Source of the DNA: Mustelus asterias
Taxonomy: Eukaryota
Direction: 5' to 3'
NCBI RefSeq assembly: GCF_964213995.1
Contig: NC_135830.1
Span: 19,468,001 to 19,532,000, forward strand
Length of the DNA: 64,000 bases
Shown here piece by piece: positions 22,322 to 35,027 of this stretch. A program made the position numbers and the translations under genes. The notes below the pieces were generated by a model. That model made no database searches and had not been told where the DNA came from. It saw only the letters and a list, made by a program, of their open reading frames with translations. Each line of letters opens with the position of its first letter. The first letter of the stretch is position 1.

Positions 22322-22600
22322 AAGTAAAGTAAAGTTTATTTATTGGTCACAAGTGGGCTTACATTAATACTGAAATGAAGCTACCGTGAGAATCCCCGAG
22401 TCGCCACACTCTGGCGCCTGTTCGGGTTACACTGAGGGAGAATTTAGCACGGCCAGTTCACCTAACCAGCAAACTTTGGACTGTGGGAGGAAACCGGAGC
22501 GCCCGGAGGAAACCCACGCAGACACGGGGAGAACGTGCAAACTCCACACAGACAGTGTCCCGAGCCGGGAATCGAACCCGAGTCCCTGGTGCTGTGAGGC
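22322..22600 (-). mobile_element. V-SINE with alternative tail (head interrupted)
   Basis: V-domain, B box, tail. Confidence 0.85.
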
Positions 22601-22740
22601 ATGGGATGCCGACGTTGGACTGGGGTGGGCACATTAAGAAGTCTCAGAACACCAGGTTTATTTGGAATCATGAGCTTTTGGAACGCTGCTTCATCACTCA
22701 CCTGATGAAGGATCAGCGCTCTGAAAGCTCGTGTGGTTTT
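22601..22740 (+). mobile_element. Penelope-like relic with minimal hammerhead ribozyme core
   Basis: CAC-CTGATGA(22702-22708)-AGGATCAGCGCTCT-GAAA(22723-22726)-GC-TC-GTG. Confidence 0.6.
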
Positions 22741-23100
22741 TATTCATTCGTGGAACATGGGCGTCGCTGGCTGGGACCAGCATTTATTGCCCATCCCTAG
22801 TTGCCCCTTGGAGGGCAGTTGAGAGTCAACCACATTGCTGTGTGGCCCTGGAGTCACATGTAGGCCAGACAGGGTAAGGACGGCAGATTTCCTTCCCTAA
22901 AGTGACATTAGTGAACCAGATGGGTTTTTCCCGACAATGGTTTCACCGTCATCAGTAGATTCTTAATTCCAGATATTTTTCACTGAATTCCAATTCCACC
23001 ATCTGCCGTGGGCGGGATTCGAACCCGGGTCCCCCAGAACATTAGCTGAATTTCTGGATTAATGGTCCAGCGATGATACCACTAGGCCATCGCCTCCCCG
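22741..23100 (-). mobile_element. Second tRNA-derived SINE family (no V-domain)
   Basis: Head GGGGAGGCGATGGCCTAGTGG...GGTTCGAATCCC; body GAAGGAAATCTGCCGTCCTTACC also at 26.2 and 41.3 kb. Confidence 0.8.
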
Positions 23101-23659
23101 TGATTCCAAATAAACCTTTGAAAACAAGCAGAGAGTTAACCCTTTCCATTGACAGCACGGGTGATGGTTTGAACTCAAGATTTTGCCTTTTAAAGATTTG
23201 ATTTCATCCCATTCGTCATCTTTCAAGACAAAGTGTTAGAGAACGGGAAATGTTATCTCCAAACCATAAATACCACTGATCCAGGTCATATTATGTGAAT
23301 ATTGAATTAGATAACGTTTTTCCGGGGCTCCTGAATGAGATAGAACGGTAATTAATGGGATGTCCCACTTACAAGAAAGAGAAAACTCACACCACTATAT
23401 GGGAATTGGAATAACTCAGCCTGGGTTTGTTCAATGGAATAGGTCAGTCTTTCTGGGGGAGATGATGGAGTCATAGTAAAGTCACTAGTCGGCGCAGGCC
23501 TGGAGATATGGGTTCAAATCCCATCAGAGACACTGGTGGAATTTAAATTCAATGAATAGATGCTCCTCTCGGTTACCAGGGTGGTTTACTAATGCATCTG
23601 CCGATCTCACCAGGCCTGACCAGATCCTCAGTCATATGGTTGACTCTGAAATGGCCTTT

Positions 23660-23998
23660 CATAGAAACATAGAAACCCTACAGTGCAGAAGGAGGCCATT
23701 CGGCCCATCGAGTCTGCACCGACCACAATCCCACCCAGGCCCTACCCCCACATATTTACCCGCTAATCCCTTTAACCTACGCATCTCAGGACTCTAAGGG
23801 GCAATTTTTAACCTGGCCAATCAACCTAACCTGCACATCTTTGGACTGTGGGAGGAAACAGGAGCACCCGGAGGAAACCCACGCAGACACGAGGAGAATG
23901 TGCAAACTCCACACAGACAGTGACCCGAGCCGGGAATCGAACCCGGGACCCTGGAGCTGTGAAGCAGCAGTGCTAACCACTGTGCTACCGTGCCGCCC
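23660..23998 (-). mobile_element. HE1-type V-SINE
   Basis: Head, V-domain, tail. Confidence 0.92.
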
Positions 23999-24007
23999 CT
24001 TTCGATT

Positions 24008-24898
24008 TTTTGATTTGATTTATTATTGTCACGTGTTAGTCGACAGTGAAAAGTATTGTTTCTTGCGCGCTATACAGACAAAGCACACCGTTCATCGAGA
24101 AGGAAAGGGGAGAGTGCAGAATGTAGTGTTACAGCCATAGCTCGGGTGTAGAGAACGATCAGCTTCATGCAAGGTCAGTCTATTCAAAAGTCTGACAGCA
24201 GCAGGAAAGAAGCTGTTCTTGAGTCGGTCGGTACGTGACCTCAGACTTTTGTATCTTTTTCCCGACGGAAGAAGGTGGAAGAGAGAATGTCCGGGGTACA
24301 TGGGGTCCTTGATTATGCTGGCTGCTTTTCTGAGGCAGCGGGAAGTGTAGACAGAGTCAAAGGATGGGAGGCTGGTTTGTGTGATCGATTGGGCGACATT
24401 CCCGACCCTTTGTAGTTTCTTGCGGTCTTGGGCAGAGCAGGAGCCAGACCGAGCTGTGACACAACCAGAAAGAATGCTTTCTATGTTGCATCTGTAAAAG
24501 TTGGTGCGAGTCATAGCGGACATGCCAAATTTCCTTAGTTTTCTGAGAAAGTAGAGGTGTTGGTGGGCTTTCTTAACTGTAGCGTCGGCATGGGGGGGGA
24601 CCAGGACAGGTTGTTGGTGATCTGGACACCTAAAACCTTGAAGCTCTCAATGATTTCTAATTCGTCCCCGTTGATGTAGACAGGGGCATGTTCTCCACTA
24701 CGTTTCCTGAAGTCGATGACAATCTCCTTCGTTTTGTTGACATTGAGGGAGAGATTATTGTTGTCGCACCAGTTCACCAGATTCTCTACCTCATCTATCT
24801 CTATCTCAGTACTCTGTCTCGTTTAAGATCCGACCCACTACGGTGGTGTCATCAGCAAACTTGAAAATCGAATTGGAGGGGAATTTGACCACACAGTC
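24008..24898 (-). mobile_element. Rex1/Babar LINE, 3' RT region and tail
   Basis: ORFs 24535..24777 (LNVNKTKEIVIDFRK) and 24092..24523 (IESILSGC...HLLPSGKRY...RLKNSFFPAAVRLLN). Confidence 0.9.
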
Positions 24899-25071
24899 AG
24901 TTAAGGATGGTCACATCTCACTAAAATACATTTCAAAATAAACTTGACACCCAGGTACATTCCAGTGAAAGTATAGATGAAAATAGGAAATCTCTTGGTG
25001 ATGTTTGTACCTTTGCCTCTGCACTTTTTAAGAAAACTGTCTTTGACAATCTGCCTGCTATCTGAGGTCAA

Positions 25072-25405
25072 TCATAGAAACCCTACAGCACAGAAAGAGG
25101 CCATTCGGCCCATCGAGTCTGCACCGACCACAATCCCACCTAGGCCCTACCCCCACATCCCTACATATTTTACCCGCTAATCCACGCATCCCAGGACACT
25201 CGGGGGCAATTTTTAGCATGGCCAATCAACCTAACCCGCACATCTTTGGACTGTGGGAGGAAACCGGAGCACCCGGAGGGAAACCCACGCAGACTCGAGG
25301 AGAATGTGCAAACTCCACACCGACAGTGACCCGAGCCGGGAATCGAACCCAAGACCCTGGAGCTGTGAAGCAGCAGTGCTAACCACTGTGTTACCGTGCC
25401 GCCCA
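25072..25405 (-). mobile_element. HE1-type V-SINE
   Basis: Head, V-domain, tail. Confidence 0.92.
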
Positions 25406-25659
25406 CGGTATTGGTGTTGAGGGGGTGGGCGAGGGAGGTAGTGGTAGAGAGATAAACCAAGATCTTGAGATGCACATCACTGCCCCCTATACCCCTGATC
25501 TTTTTAGAGTTTGCGTAACAGTCAATCGTGCCTTGTAGCTGCTATTGGGATAAACCATTCCGAGGAGACCGCCAACTCCAGCCGCGGAGATCAGCTTCCA
25601 CCTGCCCACTTATCCAATCTAGAACCAGTAAACCGCGCTCTCCTGTGTTACGACAACAC

Positions 25660-26335
25660 GTGTAGTGGTATTGTCACTGGACTCATAATCCAGACACCCA
25701 GGGCAAGGACTAAACAGGGTAAATGCAAAGATGATGTTCCCAATGGTGGGAGTGTGTCCAGAACCAGGGTTCACAGTCTTTGAGGATACAGGATAGACTG
25801 TTTAGGACAGAGTTGAGAAATCCCTTCATCTGGAGAGTGGTCAGCCTGTGGAATTCGCTACCACAGGAAGTAGTTGAGGCCAAAACATTGAATGTTTTCA
25901 AGAAGCAGTTAGATATAGCACTTGAGGCAAAAGGGATCAAAAGGAAATGGGAGGAAGGCGGGATCAGACTATTAAGTTGGATGATCAACCATAATCATAA
26001 TAAATGGCCTACTCCTCCTGTTTCCTATATTTCTATGTTTAAAATCTGGGGACCTGGGTTCAAACGCCACTATGATTGTGAAAATTGAATGAAATAAAAC
26101 TCTGGAATTAAAATTCTGATGATAACCACGAAACCATTGTTGTTAAAACCCATCTGGTTCACTCATGTCCTTTAGGGAAGGAAATCTGCCACCTTTACCT
26201 GGTCTGGCCTACGTGTGACTCCAGATCCACAGCAATGCAGTTGATCCCAAATGCCCTCTGAAATGGAGGGGAGTTAGGAATGGGCAGCAAACGCTGGCCG
26301 AGCTGGCAAAGCCCACATCGCGTGAATGATTTTAA
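25660..26335 (+). mobile_element. Non-V tRNA SINE split by a CR1 3' fragment (25710-26040)
   Basis: SINE head 25660-25710, body resumes at 26045; CR1 ORF 25780..26088. Confidence 0.75.
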
Positions 26336-27214
26336 AGCAGATACTATTTGCTGAGGTTGCAACTCCTGGGGGTTGTGTGGGGAGGGGTGTACACTTCTCA
26401 CTGATCATAACCCTTTATATTCTGAAAATAAGGAGAAAACTACTGAGTCCGGCAGCATAGTATTACAGTAACACTGCTGGTGTTTTAAAAATTAAAGGAT
26501 TTATTCACAAGAAAACTTAAGCACGTAAGATTACAGTTACACAGGAAAAATACTCTTACAAAACTTCACTCACAAAAAGAAACTTGGTTAGAATCCAAAA
26601 CTAAACACCTTCTTGGCAACATTTTCTTACAAACTTTAATTCTTAAAAACTCTGTGATATTATCTAAGTCAAAACTACTGTCATTTTAGTATCGGTGGAC
26701 CAGACAACTTCTCACTCACTTCCACTCTGCTGTGGAAATCCAAAAGTATTTAGAAACAAGACTGCTTTATCGAACAAACACTTTTCCGACTTGACAGGAT
26801 GGCTGATTCAATCTTCGCACCTTCTCAGAGCAGAGAGCTATTCTCACAAGGTCTTCCCCACACAACCAACGCGATCCAGCTCGACATCTTTCCTTAAATA
26901 TCTTTCTTTCTTTCATCTTCAATTCCGTTGTCCTCAGCACCGCTGTGAACTTACCTTTTCCAAAACATAAAACATCTCCCAAGTTTTTCCTGTTGCCTCT
27001 CCTTTCGGTTTGAATAAAATGTAATAACCTTCCCTCGTTTACGATGAAAGCTTTGCAATTTGTAAAACTCCCCTTTGAAATGTAACAATTAAGTCCCTAT
27101 CTATCTCCTACTACAAAGTTCTAAACCCTACTTATTCACTGATAAATCCACTTTATTAAACTTCTTACAAACGCATGCACTTAGTTCCTCTTCCCGTTTT
27201 ATCCCTCATCTCTC

Positions 27215-27444
27215 TGTGAAACGTTCATGGAGGCAACAGGCCCCTTCACCAGAACCCCTTTATTTACAATTCCAACAGCAGTATACAGAGTGCTGTCAGT
27301 CAACCTTCGGGAGTCCCAGAGGAACTGGCGCTCCCGGTTATATACAAAGTAAGGTCTCCCTGGTTGGTCCATCAATTGGCCTCTTAATCAGGGAGTTTTG
27401 TATTCGAATAGGCCAACTTCAATGGCCTGATTAAAGTCATGACA
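27215..27444 (-). mobile_element. Short solo LTR (230 bp)
   Basis: TG...CA ends, TCTC duplication, TATA and AATAAA on the minus strand; related to 39248-39453. Confidence 0.7.
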
Positions 27445-27722
27445 TCTCCCAGACAAGTTTTCTCCATTGAACTTCCTCCAGTTCAATTATATCAGATTCT
27501 CTGGTCACAATCTCATTGTGAGATCCTGCTATGCACAGATTGGTGACTGCATCACCACAACGATTACGCTTCAAAAAAACTTCATTGTCTGTCGAGCACT
27601 TTGAGACATCCTGAAGTTGCGAAAGGTGCTAAATTATGACAAGCCTTCCATTAACAAAGGAGAAAAGTTCCAATGAGGCAACAGGCGGTAACAAGTGTAC
27701 AAATCTAGGGCTTGAACAGTAT

Positions 27723-28035
27723 ATAGAATTATAGAATCCCAACAGTACAAAAGGAGGCCATTCGGCCCATCGAGCACAATCCCACCCAGGCCCTATTCCC
27801 GCAACCCCATGCATTTACCCTGCTAATTCCCCTGACACTAGGGTCAATTTAGCATAGCCAATCAACCTAACCCGCATTTCTTTGGAGTGTGGGAGGAAAC
27901 CGGAGCACCCGGAGGAAACCCACGCAGATACGGAGGGGAACGAGCAAATTCCACACAGACAGTGACCCGAGGCCGGAATTGAACCCGGGTCCCCTGGTGC
28001 TATGAGACAGCAGTGCTAACCACTGTGCCACCATG
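27723..28035 (-). mobile_element. HE1-type V-SINE (older)
   Basis: Head, V-domain, tail. Confidence 0.85.
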
Positions 28036-28128
28036 TCTGACACAGATCCTATATCCAGAATATTAAACTCCAGCTCTGTTACAGGGATTATCAACATCAA
28101 TAAACTCCTCACGTCAAAACGAATAAAT

Positions 28129-29022
28129 TCAGTCCTGGCTGTGATTAACAGCAGCAACAACAGCAGAATCCAACTCCTGCAACTTGTGAACCTTCTGGTG
28201 CGTCTGCAGGGTGGATGAACGGGAGAATCCCTTCCCACACACGGAGCAGATGAATGGTCCCTCCCTGGTGTGACTGCGCTGGTGTTTCAGCCGGAGACAC
28301 TGCTGAGTGAACCCCTTCCCGCACACGGAGCAGGTGAACGGCCTCTCCCCGGTGTGGACCCGCTGGTGAATCAGCAGATCCATTTTGCCTTTGAAGCTCT
28401 TCTCGCAGTCTGAACATTTGAACGGTCTGGCGTCAGAGTGGACGCGTTGGTGCGAGGTGAGGTGGGCGGACTGAGTGAATCCCTTCCCACACTGGGAGCA
28501 GGTGAACGGCCTCACGCCGGTGTGAATGCGCTTGTGCCTCAGCAGGGTGGATGACTGAGTGAATCCCTTCCCGCACACACAGCAGGTGAAGGGCCTCTCC
28601 CCGGTGTGAACCCGCTGGTGGTCCAACATTTTGCATAACTGAGTGAACGCAGTCCCGCACTCGGGGCAGGTGAACGGTTTCTCCCCGGTGTGAACTCGCT
28701 GGTGTAACAGAAAGCTGGACAACTGAGTGAATCTCTTCCCACACTCAGTGCAGGCGTACGGCCTCTCCCCGGTGTGAACCCGCTGGTGCGTCAGCAGATT
28801 TTCTTTTCTTTTGAAGCTCTTCTCACAGTCGGAACATTTAAAAGGTCTCGTGTCAGAGTGGACAAGCTGGTGTTCAGTGAGGTGCGTTAGTCGGGTGAAT
28901 CTCTTCCCACACTCGGTGCAGGTGAACGGCCTCTCTCCAGTGTGACTGCGCCGATGAATTTCCAGCACAGACGGGGATATGAACCCCTTCCCACAGTCCC
29001 CACATTTCCACGGTTTCTCCAT
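28129..29022 (-). CDS. Tandem C2H2 zinc-finger protein ZNF-3 (10 fingers)
   Basis: ORF 28129..29082; ACCATGGAGAAACCG start at 29022 as in ZNF-2; acceptor at 29359-29358; short C-terminal extension after the last finger. Confidence 0.93.
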   Translation of the reverse strand: MEKPWKCGDCGKGFISPSVLEIHRRSHTGERPFTCTECGKRFTRLTHLTEHQLVHSDTRPFKCSDCEKSFKRKENLLTHQRVHTGERPYACTECGKRFTQLSSFLLHQRVHTGEKPFTCPECGTAFTQLCKMLDHQRVHTGERPFTCCVCGKGFTQSSTLLRHKRIHTGVRPFTCSQCGKGFTQSAHLTSHQRVHSDARPFKCSDCEKSFKGKMDLLIHQRVHTGERPFTCSVCGKGFTQQCLRLKHQRSHTREGPFICSVCGKGFSRSSTLQTHQKVHKLQELDSAVVAAVNHSQD

Positions 29023-29357
29023 GGTGCTGGTTGTCGCTCCAAGTTGGATGATCAGCTGAAGCCTCGTCCACAAATAGAACACATGTACAGTTTCTCCTCA
29101 CTGTGAATGGTGTGGTGTGCAACTGGTTAGAGCTCCTTCCACGGTCAGTTCAATGGAATACTCTCATTCGGGTGTGTGTGTGTGTCACGGTGCTCTTCCA
29201 GCCACACTGATGATTGAAATTGTTTCCCACAGACAGAACAGACAAACATTTCTCCTTCCACATTCAAAGGTTGATGATATTCAGCTCCTGATGAATCGAC
29301 TGACTGTATCAGATCTTAATGTGATGTTTGATTTAAGATTCCCATCTGTCTCATCCC
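29023..29357 (-). pseudogene. Decayed spacer and dead fingers upstream of the ZNF-3 ATG
   Basis: NQTSH*DLIQSVDSSGAEYHQPLNVEGEMFVCSVCGKQFQSSVWLEEHRDTH, then VFH*TD; homologous to 12991-13353. Confidence 0.7.
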
Positions 29358-29449
29358 CTGTAAAAGTTTACAGAAGTCATTGATGTAAATACAAGGTAGA
29401 AATTCAGAAGACAATTCTAGTTTCGATTAAACATTCTTTGAAGAATATG

Positions 29450-30550
29450 GGGAGATCAAATTGAGGTATTCAAGATGATAAAAGGTATGAATAAAGTAGA
29501 CGTGGAGTGGATGCTTCCGCTGGTGGGGCACTCGAGGACGAGAGGTCATAATCTTAGGATAAAGGGTCGCAAATTTAAAACAGAGTTGAGGAGAAACGAC
29601 TTCTCCCAAAGGGTTGTGAACTTGTGGAATTCGCTATGCCCAAGTGCGGTGGAGGCTGGGACAGAGAGTAAATTTAAGAAGTAGTTAGACAGATTTTTAA
29701 TTGGTAATGGGTTGAAAGGTTATGGGGGGAAGGCAGGGAAATGGGGATGAGGAGCATATCAGCCATGATCAAATGGCAGAGTGGACTCAATGGGCCGAAT
29801 GGCCTAATTCTGCTCCTATATCTTATGAACTTATTCTTTCCTTTCTTGTTCCCCCAAACCCCATGGTCCAATCAAACTGAAAGACGAAAATCAACAACCA
29901 AGTTGGCACCCAGGTTGATAGGGTTGTTAAGAAGGCGTACGGTGTGTTAGCTTTTATTGGTAGAGGGATTGAGTTTCGGAGCCAGGAGGTCATGCTGCAA
30001 CTGTACAAAACTCTGGTGTGGCCGCATTTGGAGTATTGCGTACAGTTCTGGTCGCCGTATTATAGGAAAGATGTGGAAGTGTTGGACAGGGTGCAGAGGA
30101 GATTTACCAGGATGTTGCCTGGTATGGTGGGAAAATCGTATGAGGAAAGGCTGAGGGGCTTGAGGTTGTTTTTGTTAGAGAGAAGGTTAAGAGGTGACTT
30201 AATAGAGGCATACAAGATGATCAGAGGATTAGATAGGGTGGATAGTGAGAGCCTTTTTCCTCGGATGGTGATGGCTAGCACAAGGGGACATAGCTTTAAA
30301 TTGAGGGGTGAGAGATTATAGGACAGATGTTAGAGGTAGGTTCTTTACTCAGAGAGTAGTAAGGGCGTGGAATGCCCTGCCTGCAGCAGTGGTGGACTCG
30401 TCAACGTTGAGAGCGTTCAAGTGGTTATTGGATAAACATACGGATGATATTGGAATAGTGTAGATTAGAGGGGCTTTAGATTGGTACCACTGGTCGGCGC
30501 AACATCGAGGGCCGAAGGGCCTGTACTGCGCTGTAATGTTCTATGTTCTT
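29450..30550 (+). mobile_element. Two tandem CR1 3' fragments (29450-29830, 29900-30550)
   Basis: ORFs 29475..29684 and 29944..30321; two separate tails. Confidence 0.88.
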
Positions 30551-30659
30551 GTTCAAGTCACAACAAAAGCAAAGGGAACTTTCCTAACTGAACCAGAAAG
30601 TTATTACCAGTCCCTCTGAACAACTCTCTGGGTTCTCCTCGGACACTAGGACCCAGGTT

Positions 30660-31085
30660 GAGAACAGAAGTTCCGAGGCCCCGCCCCCTCTGTTGTGCCA
30701 CAATGGGCGGCACCAAGACGAAGACGCATGCGCTCTGCTCCCCGCTGAACTAAAATGGTGGCCGCTAACCAGGACCGCGCCCTGGGAAAACAACACGGAG
30801 CTGCAAACGCGGGACCTGCAGGTTCGTATTCGCGGTTTGAGGCTTTCTGCAGGTATTTAGAAACCCTTCCCGTTCACCCGCCGGCTCCATCTGTCCCCCC
30901 TCCTGCGTTTCCACATCTTTACCGGCTGCGAATGAGACAAAGGATCCTCTCTGCCCGTCGCCATCACCAACATCGCGCATGCTCCAAACAATGTTCGGTA
31001 CTGCGCCTGCGCACTGCTCCCTCTGGTGCAGTTAGGGGACAGTCACCACCGCGGGGAATGCTGGGTAATGTCACCGCCATTTAAG
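30660..31085. promoter_or_regulatory. CpG-rich bidirectional promoter between ZNF-3 and ZNF-4
   Basis: NRF1-like CGCATGCGC (~30726), CGCGCATGCTC (~30974) and TGCGCCTGCGCA (~31002); YY1-like AAAATGG; GC box ~30680. Confidence 0.65.
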
Positions 31086-31779
31086 ATCCTATTCAGTTAA
31101 GTCACTTTGTGCTTTGATGTGAAACTTAGGGCAACAAATTGAGGACCAAATTATCCCGAAATCTCAATGCAAACACTGTCCATTATCTGCTGAGGTTCAT
31201 GAATCCATGTCCATCCAGTGCTCTGTTTCACCTCTGCCCTCCCTGATCAGCTCTCTCTCATTGTCGAACTTCCTCTGCCTCTGATGAAGACTGTATTTTA
31301 GCCATGTTTAATATTATTCTGTTACTTCTGCTGACGGTGTCTAAATGACGTTTCCACTGCTGCCCATTTCCCAACCATGTGCTACTAGTTTGCCAAATTT
31401 ATCATCCCACGTCAGGAATCATTCATCGTCAGGAATTGTTTTTCCTTGTGCCGGCTCCACAAATTACCAGAATCATTCAGCTCAATTTCGCAATCTGTTT
31501 TTGTGGGTTCTCTCATACTCTCTTTTTTCTGTTTTAAATCAATTTCACAGGGTTTTAGAAGAGGAGGATTTGCAGTTGGAAACGGAAACCAAACATGATA
31601 TTGGAACCTGATGGAGTTGGCCAGTTTATCGTAACTTAAATATAATTCTATTTTGAATATAGAAGACAAAAGCACTTTTCACAGTGGAGAGAAACTGTAC
31701 TGTTCTGTGTTCTGTGCATGGACAAGACTTCAACCAATCATCGGGCCCTTTGAAACATAATTGCAATCACAACAGGGAG

Positions 31780-32616
31780 ATGGCATGGAAATGTGAGGAC
31801 TGTGGGAAGAGATTCGATTTCCCCTCCCAGCTGGAGATCCATCGACGCATTCACACTGGGGAGAGGCCGTTCACCTGCTCTGTGTGTGGGAAAGGATTCA
31901 ATAGGCCATCTCACTTAGCAATACACCAGCGAATTCACACTGGGGAGAAACCGTTCACCTGCTCCCAGTGCGGGAAGGGATTCACTCACTCCACCAATCT
32001 GCTGAGACACGAGAGAATTCACACTGGGGAGAGGCCATTCACCTGCTCTGTGTGTGGGAAGAGATTTACCAACCAATCTCACCTGCTGACACACCAGCGA
32101 ATTCACACTGGGGAGAGGCCATTCACCTGCTCCCCGTGTGGGAAGGGTTTTACTAACCAATCTCACCTGCTGATACACCAGCGGGTTCACACTGGGGAGA
32201 AGCCGTTCACCTGCTCTGTGTGTGGGAAGGGATTCACTCAGTCATCCACTCTGCTGATACACCAGCGGGTTCACACTGGGGAGAGGCCATTCACCTGCTC
32301 CCAGTGTGGGAAGGGATTCACTTGCTCAGTCAATCTGTTGAGACACCAGCCAAGTCACACTGGGAAGAGGCAGTTCACTTGTTCCCAGTGTGGAAAGGGA
32401 TTCAATCAGTCATCCCATCTGCTGGCACACCAGCGTGTTCACACTGGGGAGAGGCCGTTCATCTGCTCCCAATGTGGAAAGGGATTCACTCAGTCATCCC
32501 ATCTGCGGACACACCAGCGAATTCACACTGGGGAGAGGCCGTTCACCTGTTCCCAGTGTGGGAAGGGATTTGTCACCTCAGCCAATCTGCTGAGACACCA
32601 GCAAGTTCACAAGTAA
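31780..32616 (+). CDS. Tandem C2H2 zinc-finger protein ZNF-4 (10 fingers)
   Basis: ORF 31684..32616; first in-frame ATG at 31780 (GAGATGG); acceptor at 31549-31550. Confidence 0.92.
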   Translation: MAWKCEDCGKRFDFPSQLEIHRRIHTGERPFTCSVCGKGFNRPSHLAIHQRIHTGEKPFTCSQCGKGFTHSTNLLRHERIHTGERPFTCSVCGKRFTNQSHLLTHQRIHTGERPFTCSPCGKGFTNQSHLLIHQRVHTGEKPFTCSVCGKGFTQSSTLLIHQRVHTGERPFTCSQCGKGFTCSVNLLRHQPSHTGKRQFTCSQCGKGFNQSSHLLAHQRVHTGERPFICSQCGKGFTQSSHLRTHQRIHTGERPFTCSQCGKGFVTSANLLRHQQVHK

Positions 32617-32620
32617 CTAT

Positions 32621-33502
32621 TGTGCATAACGTTATTGTGCCTTTAAGAAATGTTTTTGTGTCATGTTTCTTCAGCAGGATCTGTTTTGGCAATTTGTTTT
32701 ATTATTGGTGCCAATTTGTCTGTATAAACCAGTACTGTATTGTTACTACAGCAGCATAATTGCTTCTAATTGCTAGAAAGTTTGTTTTAGTCTGGACTAA
32801 CGCTGTTCTGGTGTTCTTAGTGTTCCCTGGGGTTTTGCACAGTAGGGCTTGATTAGCTTGTTAAGGTTATTAGTTATGGTCATATGACTGGGTGGAGCTA
32901 GGCGTACAAAGAGAATTCCAGCCTGCTTGCTGTTCAGATGCTGCTTTTGAGTTGAGAGAGAGAGAGCAGTGCCTCCCTTCCCCCTCTCTGAAGTTGGAGG
33001 CTGGAATCTGCCCGGAGATAAGTCTCTTTCTCGGAGATTCTGCTTTATGAGAGCGGACCTTTCTCAAGAGTTGCTGTTTTGGAAGCTGCAGAGAAAGAGA
33101 GGTATCCCTTTCTGTCTCTGAAGTCTGGAGACCGGGAGCTGATAGAGACTAGATTTACTTTTCTGGAGTTTTGCCTTTTGAAGATATATTTTTCTCTGGA
33201 AACTGATGTCTGGCTCTCTGTCCAGAAGCTGGAAATCACTTACCATGTGAGCATATTTGTTTATTGTGCGAACTAATTCTGAAGAAGGGTGTATGTCTGT
33301 GGGGTATTGCTTTAAATTGGAACAATTGAGATGCTATATGATAAAATAAAGTTTGTTTTACTATAAGAGATCCCTAATTTGTCAGTGGAATCATTCCTGG
33401 AGCAAAACATCCTATCCTCACATTTATGCCAAAATAGAAAAATTGTTGGGGTCTAATCTGGCTTCCTAACATAATTTAAGGGTTCTGGTCGAGGAGCCTA
33501 AC
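32621..33502 (+). mobile_element. Possible solo LTR immediately after the ZNF-4 stop codon
   Basis: TGT...AACA ends and AATAAA near 33345; zinc-finger relic sequence resumes right after it; no target duplication seen. Confidence 0.4.
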
Positions 33503-34110
33503 AGAAGAGATTCACTCAATCATCCATCCTGCTAACACCCCAGTTTCACACTAAAGAGAGGCCTTTTAAATGGAAATTGCTATAAAAGTTATGGAGAACT
33601 GATGTTTCGTCAATGTATTCACACTGAGAGACCATTCAGATTTTTTTACTACTACGTTAACACTGCAATGAAGTTACTGTGAAAATCCCCTAGTCGCCAC
33701 ACTCCAGCGCCTGTTCAGGTACACTAAGGGAGAATTTAGCATGGCCAGTATACCTAACCAGCACGTATTTCAGACTATGGGAGGAAACCGGATCACCCGG
33801 AGCAAACCCACACAGACATGGGGAGAACACGCAAACTCCACAGACAGTGACCCAAGGCCAGAATTGAACCCGAGTCCCCTGGCGCTGTGAGCACAGTAAG
33901 AAGTCTCACAACACCAAGTTAAAGTCCAACAGGTTTATATGGTAGCACGAGCTTTAGGAGCACTCTTCCTTCATCAGGTGAGTGGAGGTGCTGTGAGGCA
34001 GCATTGCTAACCATTGTGTCACCACCCCGCCAACAGCCCGGTTTCACACTGGGGAGAGATCTTTTAAACGCCCAGACTGTGGAAATTGCTATAAATGTTG
34101 TGGAGAACTA
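33503..34110 (+). pseudogene. Degenerate zinc-finger relics (33503-33640, 34030-34110)
   Basis: [20 protein letters not shown] and [17 protein letters not shown] with indels. Confidence 0.7.
33655..34030 (-). mobile_element. V-SINE with alternative tail, interrupted by a Penelope relic (33891-33985)
   Basis: SINE body and head; the insert carries a minus-strand CTGATGA...TAAAGCTCGTG decayed hammerhead. Confidence 0.75.
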
Positions 34111-34479
34111 ATATCTCATCAATATATAAAAGCAAATTACTGCAGATGCTGGAATCTGAAAATGCTGGAACATCTCAGCAGGTCTGGCAGAGATAAGAGC
34201 TGACGTTTCGAGTCCAGATGGCCTGCTGGCCTTTTGAGATCTGCAGTATCTCGGTTTGAGGTCACTGTGGATCAATTTTCTCTCACTTACCGTTACCTGT
34301 TCAAAGGTGAAGAAGGAGGCTTTAAAGGATGAGACATCATTTCTCCTGTAAAGTTGCTGTGATAATGAGTGTCCTGGGGAAATGAGTGTGAATCCCCCAG
34401 CCCCGGACAGAGGGGAACTGACCATCCATCTCTGCCTCTAATTCCCAAACAGGAAATGCTGCCAATAATCAGCAAGTCA

Positions 34480-34950
34480 GCCTGAGTCTGTGGCCACGCC
34501 CACCATCTAAAACCGTCACAATGCCCGGCTGATTGACGGCAGCTCCGGACCAATAGGAAGAGAGGGGCGGGGCTGGAAGACCGGGTGGGAGCTGCTGGTC
34601 CTCCAACCAATGGGAGTGAACGTGTGGGGGGGGCGGGACCGGGCTGGGAGTGAAGCATGCGCAATGAGGGTGATGGAGATGTGGTGACGGTTCCTTCTCC
34701 GATCCACAAACGGTAAGCGGAAAATTGCGGACCCCGGGAAGCGATTAATCTGGCGGGTGGGTGGAGAGTTTTTGTAAACATATTGTTCAAGCCTATATCC
34801 TGAAAAAAGACTTTCTGGTTCCCCGGTTCGCACCGAGAGGGGCCAAAAGGTCGAATGATCGGCCTGCATTAACTACCGCCATCTTTGTTGGGGGCAATGT
34901 GCAGCTGTGCGCATGCGTGATCACCATCTTTGCAGGGGGCAATGTCGTCA
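34480..34950. promoter_or_regulatory. Third CpG-rich ZNF-type promoter (probably for ZNF-5)
   Basis: CCAAT and GC boxes, NRF1-like GCATGCGCA and TGCGCATGCG, YY1-like CCGCCATCTT; one inverted copy of the 10.2-11.0 kb repeat unit; GTAAG donor near 34713. Confidence 0.6.
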
Positions 34951-35027
34951 ATGAGTGGGTGGAGTTAGTTCCCCACTGTTCAGAATGGAGACAACTTGTT
35001 GTCAAGGATGAGAGGGGATCTGATTGA

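Noticed and set aside
26450-27180. AT-rich LTR-like stretches (also ~14760-14950 and 63490-64000)
   Set aside because: Ends and target duplications could not be defined by eye
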